Shown in pieces: positions 24,074-37,503 of a DNA stretch of 64,000 nucleotides (its first letter is position 1; each line of letters opens with the position of its first letter). Both the position numbers and the translations under genes were made by a program. Where the stretch lies: the NCBI GenBank assembly GCA_963755285.1, contig CAVWJB010000001.1, forward strand, positions 295,333-359,332, given 5' to 3'. Below the pieces are notes generated by a model. It was not told where the DNA came from. It was given only the letters and a program-made list of their open reading frames with translations, and searched no databases. The DNA is from an uncultured Chloroflexia bacterium. Lineage in GTDB: Bacteria > Chloroflexota > Limnocylindria > Limnocylindrales > CSP1-4.

Positions 24074-25237
24074 TCACCATTCGGCGCGCGTCTGCCGGAT
24101 GTTGATGCTCTGGAGGATCCCGAGGCCGACGGCGATGCTGATGAGTGACGCTCCGCCGTGGGTGATGAACGGGAGCGGGATCCCGGTGATCGGCATCACG
24201 CCGATGACCATCCCGACGTTGATCACGACCTGGACGAGCAGCATCGAGGCGATCCCGGCGGCGATGCACAGCCCGAATGGCTCCTGTGACCGCCAGGCCG
24301 TGAGGAGGATCCGCCAGATCAGCGCCACGAACAGCCCGAGCACGAGCATCGCGCCGAGGAATCCGAGCTCTTCGGCGAGAAGGGCAAACGCGAAGTCGGT
24401 CGTCTGGACCGGGAGGAAGTCGCCCGCGGTCTGGGTGCCGTTGGTGAGGCCCTTGCCGAACAACCCGCCGGATCCCACCGCGATCTGACTCTGAAGCAGC
24501 TGGTAGCCGGAACCCTGCGGATCGGCCGACGGGTCGAGGAAGCTGAGCAACCGCTGCTTCTGGTAGTCGCGCAGGATGTAGGTCCAGACGATCGGCACGG
24601 CGGCGATGATCACGGCTGCGAGGACGGCCAGCCAGCGCACGCTGGCGCCCGACATGAACAGCATCCCGGCGAGGATCCCGGCGAGAACCAGGGACGTTCC
24701 CAGGTCGGGCTGGAGGAGCACGAGCACCAAGGCCGGCGCCACCAGCAGGCACGCTCCGAGAATCGTCCAGATCGAATCGAGGGTCTTCTGGCGGCTGGCC
24801 AGGTAGTTGGCCAGGACGACGATCATCAGGATCTTCGCCAGCTCGCTGAACTGGAACTGGAACCACGGCCCGATCGAGATCCAGCGGGCAGCACCGCTGA
24901 CCCCGTCGCCGATCGCGAGGGTCAGCACGAGCAGTCCGAGGTTGATGAAGTAGAGCGGCCAGGCGAACGTGCGCAGCCACTTGTAGTCGAACGCCGTTGC
25001 GATCAGGAAGACGACGACGGCGATTGCCGCCCACACGAGGCCTCGGGCGAAGGTGGAGCCCGCGTCGAAGATCCCGTCGCCCGCGGCGATGGTGTTGCTG
25101 TAGGCCATTGCCTGGCCGAAGCCGAGGAGGAGGACGGCGAAGATCGCCATCTGCCAGTCGAACGCACGCCAGGCGGCGCCGACGGACTTGGCGGCCCAGT
25201 CCTGTGCCCTGGCCGGCTCAGCCTTGAGGACGCCCAT
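24074..25237 (-). CDS. rodA: Rod shape-determining SEDS protein RodA
   Basis: 387-aa FtsW/RodA/SpoVE family protein with motifs QPDLGT, LPVQTTDFAF and PITGIPLPFITHGGAS. It lies downstream of mrdA. Confidence 0.9.
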   Translation of the reverse strand: MGVLKAEPARAQDWAAKSVGAAWRAFDWQMAIFAVLLLGFGQAMAYSNTIAAGDGIFDAGSTFARGLVWAAIAVVVFLIATAFDYKWLRTFAWPLYFINLGLLVLTLAIGDGVSGAARWISIGPWFQFQFSELAKILMIVVLANYLASRQKTLDSIWTILGACLLVAPALVLVLLQPDLGTSLVLAGILAGMLFMSGASVRWLAVLAAVIIAAVPIVWTYILRDYQKQRLLSFLDPSADPQGSGYQLLQSQIAVGSGGLFGKGLTNGTQTAGDFLPVQTTDFAFALLAEELGFLGAMLVLGLFVALIWRILLTAWRSQEPFGLCIAAGIASMLLVQVVINVGMVIGVMPITGIPLPFITHGGASLISIAVGLGILQSINIRQTRAEW

Positions 25238-27132
25238 CAGTTCCCACCGTAGAAGTTGCCCTTCCGCAGGAGGTCGAACCGGCGGAGGTCGTGCTTCAGG
25301 TTGAAGTGGAGCTGGAGGTAGTACTTGACCATCTCGGTCGCGGTGTTGCCGACCGTGTTCGAGTCATAGGCAAAGCCGATGACGGCCAGCTCGGAGTCGG
25401 GCCGGGCAACGTTCCGATGTTTCGGCACGAACGCGACGAACCAGTTGTGGAACGGCAGCAGGCCCTTCGAGTCGCGGACGCCGAACTCGGCGGTGCCGGT
25501 CTTGCCGGCGACCACGATCGGGAGGTCGCGCAGGTTGAACGTGTGGCCGCTCGTCACGACCTCGCGAGCGCCGAGCCGCATGATCTGGAGGTTCCTGGCC
25601 GTCGTCTTGACCTTGTGGATCAGCTTCGGCGCGAACGGCCGGACGACCGTGCCGTCGGCATCGACGACCTCGCGGACGACCTGCGGCTGGTAGAGCTTGC
25701 CGCCGTTGGCGAGGGCGGCGTACGCGTTGAGGATCTGGAGCGGGGTCGTCGTGTCGTAGCCCTGTCCGATCCCGGCCTGGAGGACCTCGCCGGGGAAGAT
25801 CGCCTGACCGAAGGTGTCCTGCTTCCACTGGTTCGTCGGGACGATCCCGGGAACCTCGCCGGGAAGGTCGATCCCGCTCTTGGCACCGAAGCCGAGCTGG
25901 TGCGCCCAGTAGGCCAGCCGCTCGATCCCGAGCCGCTGAGCCATCTGGTAGAAGAACGTGTCACTCGAGTGAGCGAAGCCCGTCCGTATGTTCAGCCGGC
26001 CGAACCCGTAGTGGTTCCAGTCCCAGAACTTGTCCGGTCCGATCTGGATGTACGGGTGGGTCTGGACGAGCTCGTCGGGGCCGAGCTTCTTGTCGGCGAG
26101 CACGCCGAGACCGGTGACCAGCTTGTAGGTCGATCCGGGCGGGAACTGCTCATTGATGGCGTGGTTGAGGAGCGGCTTCTCGGGGTTCTTGAGGAGCGCC
26201 TGGAAGTCCTTCCGGCTGATGCCTTCGGCGAATTTGTTGTTGTCGTACGTCGGCAGGCTGACCATCGCCAGGATCTCGCCGGTCTGCGGGTTCATGACGA
26301 TCATCACGCCACGCTTGAGACCGGCCCGGTTCATTGCCCAGGTGACTGCCTTCTCGGCCAGCTTCTGCTCCTTGGTGTCGATCGTGAGCGTCAGGGAGTC
26401 GCCCGGTTGGGCCTCGCGATCGGTCGTCAGGACCTGGAGCTTGCGTCCGGCCGCATCGCGTTCGACCGTCTCCTGGCCGTAGGTTCCGCGCAGGGTCGAC
26501 TCGTACGACGACTCGACACCCGCCTGCCCGATGAGGTCGTCGGGTTGATAGCCCTGATCCTTGAGGGCCTTGAGCGTCTCGGCGTCGATCGCACCCGTGT
26601 AGCCGATGATCTGCGACATGAGCGGGCCGTCGGTGTAGTGGCGCTTCGACTCCACCGAGACTTCGACGCCGGGCAGGGCGAGGCGTTCCTCGGCGATGAG
26701 GTTGGCCGTCTCGATCGGCACGTCCTGGGCGATCCGGACGAGGTCGAACCGCGAACCGGGATTGGAGTCGATCGTGACGTTGATGTCGGCCTGGTCGATC
26801 CCAAGCAACGCCGACAGGCGAGCGACGACCTCCTCGCGCATCGAGAACGGCAGGTCCGAAGGGCGGATCTTGATCGCGAAGCTTGGCTCGTTCGAGACCA
26901 GGAGGCGGCCGGTCCGGTCGTAGATCAGGCCTCGAGTCGACGGGAGCGCTTGCTTGACGGTCCTGTTCTGCTCCGCCTGCGCCTGGTAGACCTGTCCCCG
27001 GACGAACTGGAGGTAGACGAGACGCGCAGTGAGGCCGCTTACGCCGATCAACACGGCAATCCCGAACGCCAGGAACCGGATGAGCTGACGCTCGCGGCCC
27101 GGACGCTCGTCGACGATCGCCGGAGCTACCAT
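25237..27132 (-). CDS. mrdA: Penicillin-binding protein 2 (elongasome transpeptidase)
   Basis: The start is the ATG at 27132 (MVAPAIVDE). It has one TM helix and a PBP dimerisation domain. The transpeptidase motifs are STYK (PPGSTYK), SSD (AHSSDT) and KTGT (AGKTGTAE). The rest of track ORF 25237..28242 is an artefactual extension. Confidence 0.93.
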   Translation of the reverse strand: MVAPAIVDERPGRERQLIRFLAFGIAVLIGVSGLTARLVYLQFVRGQVYQAQAEQNRTVKQALPSTRGLIYDRTGRLLVSNEPSFAIKIRPSDLPFSMREEVVARLSALLGIDQADINVTIDSNPGSRFDLVRIAQDVPIETANLIAEERLALPGVEVSVESKRHYTDGPLMSQIIGYTGAIDAETLKALKDQGYQPDDLIGQAGVESSYESTLRGTYGQETVERDAAGRKLQVLTTDREAQPGDSLTLTIDTKEQKLAEKAVTWAMNRAGLKRGVMIVMNPQTGEILAMVSLPTYDNNKFAEGISRKDFQALLKNPEKPLLNHAINEQFPPGSTYKLVTGLGVLADKKLGPDELVQTHPYIQIGPDKFWDWNHYGFGRLNIRTGFAHSSDTFFYQMAQRLGIERLAYWAHQLGFGAKSGIDLPGEVPGIVPTNQWKQDTFGQAIFPGEVLQAGIGQGYDTTTPLQILNAYAALANGGKLYQPQVVREVVDADGTVVRPFAPKLIHKVKTTARNLQIMRLGAREVVTSGHTFNLRDLPIVVAGKTGTAEFGVRDSKGLLPFHNWFVAFVPKHRNVARPDSELAVIGFAYDSNTVGNTATEMVKYYLQLHFNLKHDLRRFDLLRKGNFYGGN

Positions 27133-27626
27133 GCGATCCGCTCTCGTTCTGCCGCTCGCTGCTTGATGACGATGGCGATCGGACCCACGACCGCGGCGAC
27201 GGCCGTGCTGTAGATCGCGTCGGGCAGCAGGGCGCGGATCGGGTCGGCGACCGGGATCGGGTCGCGGAGGGCTCCATAGAGCACGAGAAACAGTCCGCCC
27301 GTCAACATGCTCGTCACGAACACTGCCGCGACGGGCACGACAACTCGAACTCGATCGAGAGCGCGGCCGAGCAGGGCCGCGATCCCGACTGAGACCACGA
27401 GCATGAAGGCGGTCATCCCAAGCGGCCGCGGGGCGAGAAGGTCGATCATCAAGCCCCCGATGAATGCCGAGATGAGCCCGGCCTCGACAGTGCCGGCAGT
27501 GGTTGCAACGACGGCGAACACGAGCACGAGATCCGGTTGTGCGTCGCCGATGGCCAGGTACGGGACGATTGTCAGCTGAAGGAGCGCCGCCACCACGGCG
27601 CCGACGGCGGCGAGTGCCAGACGCAT
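27126..27626 (-). CDS. mreD: Rod shape-determining protein MreD
   Basis: The start is the ATG at 27626 (MRLALAAV). It is 166 aa with five hydrophobic helices and overlaps the mrdA start by 7 nt. The call rests on position and hydropathy. Confidence 0.72.
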   Translation of the reverse strand: MRLALAAVGAVVAALLQLTIVPYLAIGDAQPDLVLVFAVVATTAGTVEAGLISAFIGGLMIDLLAPRPLGMTAFMLVVSVGIAALLGRALDRVRVVVPVAAVFVTSMLTGGLFLVLYGALRDPIPVADPIRALLPDAIYSTAVAAVVGPIAIVIKQRAAERERIAW

Positions 27627-27714
27627 CTCGTGAGTCGAACCTCGGCCTCGTGCCCGGCCGCTCGACGGATGCGCGAACGACCGCGACGACCGAGCTGCGG
27701 CTACGTCGTGCAGG

Positions 27715-27720
27715 AGTATA
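27715..27720 (-). promoter_or_regulatory. Candidate -10 element (TATACT) for mreD-mrdA-rodA
   Basis: TATACT on the minus strand, 88 nt upstream of the mreD ATG. The -35 element is weak (TTTCCC/TTCCCC). Confidence 0.3.
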
Positions 27721-27779
27721 CCGAGGCGGTTCCGATAGGGGAAACGGCTCGCCTGAAGCTCCCCGGGTCGCGCGATCCA

Positions 27780-27795
27780 TGTTCCACGTGCAACA
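27780..27795. promoter_or_regulatory. parS centromere-like site 1
   Basis: TGTTCCACGTGCAACA matches 15/16 positions of the Bacillus parS TGTTCCACGTGAAACA. Confidence 0.8.
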
Positions 27796-27984
27796 CCGGG
27801 CCGGATGCCCTGGCGGAGCCGAGCGTGGATCCCTCCCGTGGCCATGCGCGAGTGGTGCGCGACCGGGCGTGAGCGTGCGGGCGAGCGACGCCTCTGCCGA
27901 GGCCATCTCGTGCGAGGCTGCGGCTCCGCCGGGCGACCCTGCCCGCGGCGGAGCGGGCGCCTCGCCGTGACCGAACCTGGCGCC

Positions 27985-28000
27985 TGTTGCACGTGGAACA
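27985..28000. promoter_or_regulatory. parS centromere-like site 2
   Basis: TGTTGCACGTGGAACA is the exact reverse complement of site 1. It lies 178 bp upstream of the parA ATG. Confidence 0.8.
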
Positions 28001-28133
28001 TGGCGGTGACGGCCCGCTCGTGACCGTGATAAGTGCGGATTGAGCCCCGGCGAAGGCGGCCATGCGACGATCCGGGCCACCGCCACCACAGACGGGCTCG
28101 GCACGGCCGAGCGAGCGTGAGGATGGGCTCCAG

Positions 28134-28143
28134 ATGGTAGAAT
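28134..28143 (+). promoter_or_regulatory. Candidate extended -10 promoter for parA
   Basis: TGgTAGAAT, ending about 34 nt upstream of the parA ATG. Confidence 0.35.
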
Positions 28144-28177
28144 TGACGCTTGTGAGCACCCCTCGACCGGCGGCTTG

Positions 28178-32435
<4,258 letters not shown>

Positions 32436-32439
<4 letters not shown>

Positions 32440-33497
32440 GCGGCGCGACGACCGCCACCACGACCGCCACGCGGTCCAGCCCGGCACCGACCGGCGAACC
32501 CTCGCGCCAGTCGGCAGTGACCGCGCGCGCGGTCGCACTCGTCGCTGAACGCAAGCCGGCCGCCGAGGCCCTGGGCCGACGGCTGGCCGATCTCGTCGGC
32601 GACCCCGATGCCTTTGCCGCCACCCTGACCGCCGGCTTCCGGACGCTGGCGGATCCCGAGTATCTCGCCGGAACCCAGCGGATCGCCCCGGGGATCGGCC
32701 GGACCTATGGCGTCCGCTGGCCGCTGACCGCGGCCGTCGACCGCGGGTTCCGGACCGCGACCCGCAGGGAGCGGGCAGCCGGCTACCTCGAGATCGCCAC
32801 CCGGTTGTACGCCGAACCCGAGCTCGAACCGCGCTGGTTCGCGTTCGGCCTGCTCGATCGGCTCCTGCCCGAGGATCCCGAGCGGGCCTGGCAGCTCCTG
32901 CGCCGGGCCGCCCGGGAGGCGGGCGACTGGATCACCGTCGACAGCCTCGCTCATCCGGTCGGCCGCGGGATCATCCTCGAGCCGTACCGCTGGGCCGAGC
33001 TCGACAGCCTCGTGTTCTCGCCGTCCCGCTGGGAGCGCCGGCTCGTCGGCTCGACCGTCGCGACCCTGCCCTACGTCGATCGTCGCCGCGGCCGGACGGT
33101 CGACGTCGGACGGCACGGCCTCGAGCTCGTCGGCCAGCTCATCGGCGACGACGAGCCCGATGTCCAGAAGGCACTCGCCTGGGCGCTCCGTTCGCTGACG
33201 GTGGTCGACCCCGACGCCGTCCTGGCGTTCGTCGAGCATGAGGCGGAGGTCGCCGCGGGGACGGCCGACGGCAACCGTGCCTGGGTCCTCCGGGACGCGC
33301 TCGCAAAGCTCCCGGCCGGGCCGGCGGCCGCCGTGCGCGTCCGGCTCGACGGCATCCGTCGCCGCCCCGGCCAGCGATCGAGCTCACGCGCGGCGGCCAC
33401 CGCCGTCCGGTTCGCCGGTGCTCCCGGCCTGCCCGGGCCGGCCGCTCACCGAGACCGGTTCCCCGACACCGCCCCACCAGGAGACGCTAGACCGTGA
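32436..33497 (+). CDS. DNA alkylation repair protein (AlkD-like HEAT-repeat family)
   Basis: The GTG at 32436 overlaps the upstream stop (GTGA). The protein is helical-repeat type with W/R-rich motifs ([30 protein letters not shown]) that I recall from the pfam08713 family. The family call is from memory and is not verified. Confidence 0.55.
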
Positions 33498-36031
33498 CCG
33501 ACGACATCGGCGACGTTCGCACGATCCGCATCGAGGACGAGATGCGGGTGAGCTACCTCGATTACGCGATGAGCGTGATCGTGGCTCGTGCGCTGCCCGA
33601 TGTCCGCGACGGGCTCAAGCCGGTCCACCGCCGGATCCTGTACACGATGGGCGAGATGGGCCTGAGCGGCACGAGTGCCTATCGCAAGTGCGCCGCGATC
33701 GTCGGCGAGGTCATGGGCAAGTACCACCCGCACGGCGACGTCGCCCTGTACGACGCCCTCGTCCGCCTGGCCCAGGACTTCTCGATGCGCTACCCGCTCG
33801 TGGACGGCCAGGGCAACTTCGGCTCGGTCGACGGCGACGGTGCGGCCGCGATGCGCTACACCGAGGCGCGGCTGACGCCGATCTCGGCCGAGATGCTCGC
33901 CGACATCGACAAGGAGACGGTCGACTTCGTCCCGAACTACGACGGGACGCAGCAGCAGCCGTCGGTCCTCCCGGCCAAGCTGCCCAACCTGCTCGTCAAC
34001 GGCTCGTCGGGGATCGCGGTCGGGATGGCCACCAACATCCCGCCCCATCACCTGGGCGAGATCGTCGACGCCACGATCGCCCTGGTCGACGACCCGCAGC
34101 TGACGTCGGACGAGCTGTGCCGGTACGTCCTCGGGCCGGACTTCCCGACCGGCGGCACGCTGTTCCGCTACGAGACCCGGCGCAACCCGATCACCGGCGA
34201 GCAGGAGACGGTCGACGCGGTCCGCGAGATGTACGCCCATGGCCGCGGTCGGGTCGTGGTCCGGGCCCAGGTCGCATTCGAGGAGACCCGGTCGGGCAAG
34301 ACCGCGATCATCGTGACCGAGCTGCCCTACCAGGTGAACAAGTCGGCGCTCATGGAGAAGATCGCCGAGCTCGTCAACGGCAAGCGGATCGAGGGCATCG
34401 CCGACCTGCGCGACGAGTCGGACCGCGACGGGATGCGGATCTACATCGAGCTCAAGAAGGACTTCAACCCGCACAAGGTGCTCAACAACCTGTTCAAGCA
34501 CACGGCGATGTCGTCCGCGTTCAACCTGAACATGCTGGCGCTCGTCGACGGGCAGCCCCAGACGCTCTCGCTCAAGGCCGTCCTCCAGCACTACGTCGAC
34601 TATCGCCGCGAGGTGATCCGGCGCCGGACGGAGTTCGACCTCGGCAAGGCGCGGGCCCGGGCCCACATCCTCGAGGGCCTGAAGATCGCCCTCGACAACC
34701 TCGATCGGGTGATCAAGACGATCCGCGAGTCGGCCGACGTCGATGCCGCCCGGGCGAACCTCATGAGCCGGTTCAAGCTGTCCGAGCTGCAGGCCCAGGC
34801 GATCCTGGACATGCGCCTTGCCCGGCTGGCCGCCCTCGAGCGCCAGAAGATCGAGGAGGAGTACCTCGCGGTCATCCAGCTCATCGCCGAGCTCGAGGAC
34901 ATCCTGGCCAATCCCGGCCGGGTCCTGTCGATCATCAAGGAGGAGCTCGGCGACATCAAGAAGAAGTACGCCGGCGAACGCCGCACGCGGATCGTCGACG
35001 ACTCCGACCGGGAGATGACCGACGAGGACCTGATCGCCGACGAGGACGTCGTGATCACCATCTCGGGCCGCGGCTACGTCAAGCGCCAGCCGGTCGACAC
35101 CTACCGCCGCCAGCACCGCGGCGGCAAGGGGATCATCGGCCACGTCACCCGCGAGGAGGACGCGGTCGAGCACCTGCTCGTCGCGAACACCCACGACTGG
35201 GCCCTGTTCTTCACGAATCGCGGGCGGGTGTTCAGCTCGAAGGTCCACCAGATCCCCGACGCGAGCCGCCAGGCGAAGGGCATCCCGATCATCAACCTGC
35301 CCGGGGTCCAGGTCGAGTCGGGCGAGGTCCCGATGGCCACGATCACCCTGCGCGACTTCAAGGGCGGGACCTACCTCGTCCTCGCCACCCGCCGCGGGAT
35401 CGTCAAGAAGACGCCGCTCGAGCAGTTCGAGAAGGTCCGCTCGAGCGGGATCATCGCGATCACCCTCGACGAGAACGACGAGCTGGCCTGGGTCGACACC
35501 GCGACCGGCCAGGACGACATCATCATCGCCACGGCGCTCGGCAAGATCGCCCGGTTCCACGAGACCGAGGTCAGGCCGATGGGCCGGCCGGCCGGCGGGG
35601 TCATCGGGATCCGTCTCGCCCGGCAGGGCGACTCGGTGATCTCGATGAGCGTCGTCCAGCCCGACGCCGACCTCCTCGTCCTGACCGAGACCGGCTACGG
35701 CAAGCGCGTCGCGCTGACCGAGTTCCGGGTCAAGCACCGCGGCGGCCAGGGCGTCCAGCTCATCGCCCTCGAGGGCCGCAAGACCGGCGACGTGGCCGCC
35801 GTCCAGCAGGTCACCGAGGCGGACGAGGAGCTGTTCCTCATCAGCTCCGGGGGCCAGGTCATCCGGACCGAGACGAACACGATCAACCGCTACAGCTCGA
35901 GCGCCCGGGGCGTGATCGTGATGCGGCTGGCGGAGGGCGATCGGGTGGTCGCCATCGCGGCGTTCAGAGCGGGGCTGGCGGAGCAGGGGGCCATCGATGA
36001 CAATGACCCCGGCGACGGCCCGACGGCGTGA
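33494..36031 (+). CDS. gyrA: DNA gyrase subunit A
   Basis: The GTG at 33494 overlaps the upstream stop (GTGA). Motifs: [27 protein letters not shown], the QRDR region HPHGD, AAMRYTE (catalytic Tyr), and C-terminal beta-pinwheel repeats. Confidence 0.97.
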   Translation: MTDDIGDVRTIRIEDEMRVSYLDYAMSVIVARALPDVRDGLKPVHRRILYTMGEMGLSGTSAYRKCAAIVGEVMGKYHPHGDVALYDALVRLAQDFSMRYPLVDGQGNFGSVDGDGAAAMRYTEARLTPISAEMLADIDKETVDFVPNYDGTQQQPSVLPAKLPNLLVNGSSGIAVGMATNIPPHHLGEIVDATIALVDDPQLTSDELCRYVLGPDFPTGGTLFRYETRRNPITGEQETVDAVREMYAHGRGRVVVRAQVAFEETRSGKTAIIVTELPYQVNKSALMEKIAELVNGKRIEGIADLRDESDRDGMRIYIELKKDFNPHKVLNNLFKHTAMSSAFNLNMLALVDGQPQTLSLKAVLQHYVDYRREVIRRRTEFDLGKARARAHILEGLKIALDNLDRVIKTIRESADVDAARANLMSRFKLSELQAQAILDMRLARLAALERQKIEEEYLAVIQLIAELEDILANPGRVLSIIKEELGDIKKKYAGERRTRIVDDSDREMTDEDLIADEDVVITISGRGYVKRQPVDTYRRQHRGGKGIIGHVTREEDAVEHLLVANTHDWALFFTNRGRVFSSKVHQIPDASRQAKGIPIINLPGVQVESGEVPMATITLRDFKGGTYLVLATRRGIVKKTPLEQFEKVRSSGIIAITLDENDELAWVDTATGQDDIIIATALGKIARFHETEVRPMGRPAGGVIGIRLARQGDSVISMSVVQPDADLLVLTETGYGKRVALTEFRVKHRGGQGVQLIALEGRKTGDVAAVQQVTEADEELFLISSGGQVIRTETNTINRYSSSARGVIVMRLAEGDRVVAIAAFRAGLAEQGAIDDNDPGDGPTA

Positions 36032-36040
36032 GGTGAACCG

Positions 36041-37168
36041 GTGACCCAGTTCGGCGGGGAGGAAGCGCCCGTCTACGCGGACCGCTTCGACATCTACACC
36101 GGGAACGCGAACCCGGATCTCGCCCGGAAGATCTGCCGCTACCTCGGCGTCGAGCTCGGCAAGGCCGAGGTCTTCCAGTTCGCCAACGAGAACATCTTCG
36201 TCCGGATCCTCGACAACGTCCGCGAGAAGGACGTCTTCCTCGTCCAGCCGACCAGCCACCCGGTCAACCAGTCGATCATGGAGCTGCTGATCATGATCGA
36301 CGCGTTCAAGCGGGCGAGCGCGGGCCGGATCACGGCGGTCGTCCCGTTCTACAGCTACGGCCGGTCCGACAAGAAGGACCAGCCGCGGGTGCCGATCACG
36401 GCCCGCCTGATCGCCGACATGATCACCGTGGCCGGGGCCGACCGGGTCCTGACGATGGACCTCCACCAGGGCCAGATCCAGGGCTTCTTCAACATCCCGG
36501 TCGACGAGCTGACGGCCGTCCACATCCTGTCGAACTACTTCCGGACGAAGCACCTCGAGGACCTCGTGATCGTCACCGACCTCGGCTTCGCCAAGCGGGC
36601 GAGGACGTTCGCCGAGCTGCTCGATGCGCCGCTCGCGATCATCGAGAAGCGGCGGGTCGGCAACCTCGATCGGGCCGAGCTGATGAACGTCATCGGCGAG
36701 GTCCGCGGCAAGCGGGCGATCATCGTCGACGACGAGGTCGACACGGCCGGAACCCTGATGGAGATCGTGCGTGCGCTCGACCGCGAGGGGGTCAACGAGA
36801 TCTACGCCTGCGCCACCCACGGGGTGCTGTCCGACCCGGCCGTCGAGCGGATCCGCGACTCGAGCCTCAAGGAGGTCATCCTGACCGACTCGATCCCGCT
36901 CCCACCGGCCAAGCGGATCAGCAAGATCAAGACGTTCTCGATCGCGCCGCTCATCGGCGAGGCCATCAAGCGGATCCACCGCGGCGAGTCGGTCGGGGCA
37001 CTGTTCAGCAGCGACGTCGCCCTGACCCAGCAGATGCTGATGTGGGAGGACGGCGTGGCCCGGACCCTCGACCTGCGGGCGGACGATCCGCCGGCACCGC
37101 CGAGCGGACCGCTCCGGGCCACCCCGATGGCCGCCCGGTTCGCGTCGGTCAAGCCCGGCGACCGATGA
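36041..37168 (+). CDS. prs: Ribose-phosphate pyrophosphokinase with a roughly 55-aa C-terminal extension
   Basis: Motifs: VFLVQPT, YGRSDKK, DLHQGQIQGFF and the PRPP loop IIVDDEVDTAGT. Confidence 0.94.
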   Translation: MTQFGGEEAPVYADRFDIYTGNANPDLARKICRYLGVELGKAEVFQFANENIFVRILDNVREKDVFLVQPTSHPVNQSIMELLIMIDAFKRASAGRITAVVPFYSYGRSDKKDQPRVPITARLIADMITVAGADRVLTMDLHQGQIQGFFNIPVDELTAVHILSNYFRTKHLEDLVIVTDLGFAKRARTFAELLDAPLAIIEKRRVGNLDRAELMNVIGEVRGKRAIIVDDEVDTAGTLMEIVRALDREGVNEIYACATHGVLSDPAVERIRDSSLKEVILTDSIPLPPAKRISKIKTFSIAPLIGEAIKRIHRGESVGALFSSDVALTQQMLMWEDGVARTLDLRADDPPAPPSGPLRATPMAARFASVKPGDR

Positions 37169-37419
37169 GCCTCCAGCTCAATCGACCGGACGAGACCGGT
37201 GGCCTCGAGAAGCGGCCGGCCGGCGAGGATGGCGACTGGCGCAACCACCTCGTCACGCCGCGCTGGGGCGGCGGCCTGCGCAAGCGACGCCTGCCGGCGC
37301 TGGCCAACCCCGAGATGAACCCGACGTCGAGCCTCATGGCCGTCGCCTTCTGGATCGGCCTGGCCGCGTTGACGCTCATCGTCCTGTTGGTCGGCTACGG
37401 CTCCGGCTTCTGGCACTGA
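37165..37419 (+). CDS. Hypothetical small membrane protein
   Basis: 84 aa. The ATG overlaps the prs stop (ATGA). It has a charged N-terminus and a single C-terminal TM helix (LMAVAFWIGLAALTLIVLLVGY). I recognise no family. Confidence 0.45.
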   Translation: MSLQLNRPDETGGLEKRPAGEDGDWRNHLVTPRWGGGLRKRRLPALANPEMNPTSSLMAVAFWIGLAALTLIVLLVGYGSGFWH

Positions 37420-37466
37420 CCGCCCGGTGGCCGGCTGGCGGACCCGGCTGAGAACGGCCCTCGCGG

Positions 37467-37495
37467 TGGGTCGCCGGACGCACCTCGCCTATACT
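37467..37495 (+). promoter_or_regulatory. Candidate promoter giving a leaderless or near-leaderless secA mRNA
   Basis: TGGGTC, a 17-nt spacer, then TATACT (37490-37495). The -10 element ends 8 nt before the secA ATG and there is no SD sequence. Confidence 0.4.
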
Positions 37496-37503
37496 GTCGG
37501 CCC

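Noticed and set aside
27777-28003. Inverted repeat interpreted as the terminal inverted repeats of a ~225-bp MITE
   Set aside because: The repeat core is a near-perfect parS sequence located directly upstream of parAB. There is no target-site duplication and I saw no other copy in 64 kb.
27627-28177. RNase P RNA, 6S RNA or SRP RNA in the large mreD-parA gap
   Set aside because: None of the conserved core sequences I know (for example GAGGAAAGTCCGGGC or ACAGAACCCGGCTTA for RNase P RNA) are present on either strand.
33446-36979. 1177-aa minus-strand ORF
   Set aside because: It is antisense to gyrA and prs. It has no recognisable motifs and is the same GC-driven artefact.
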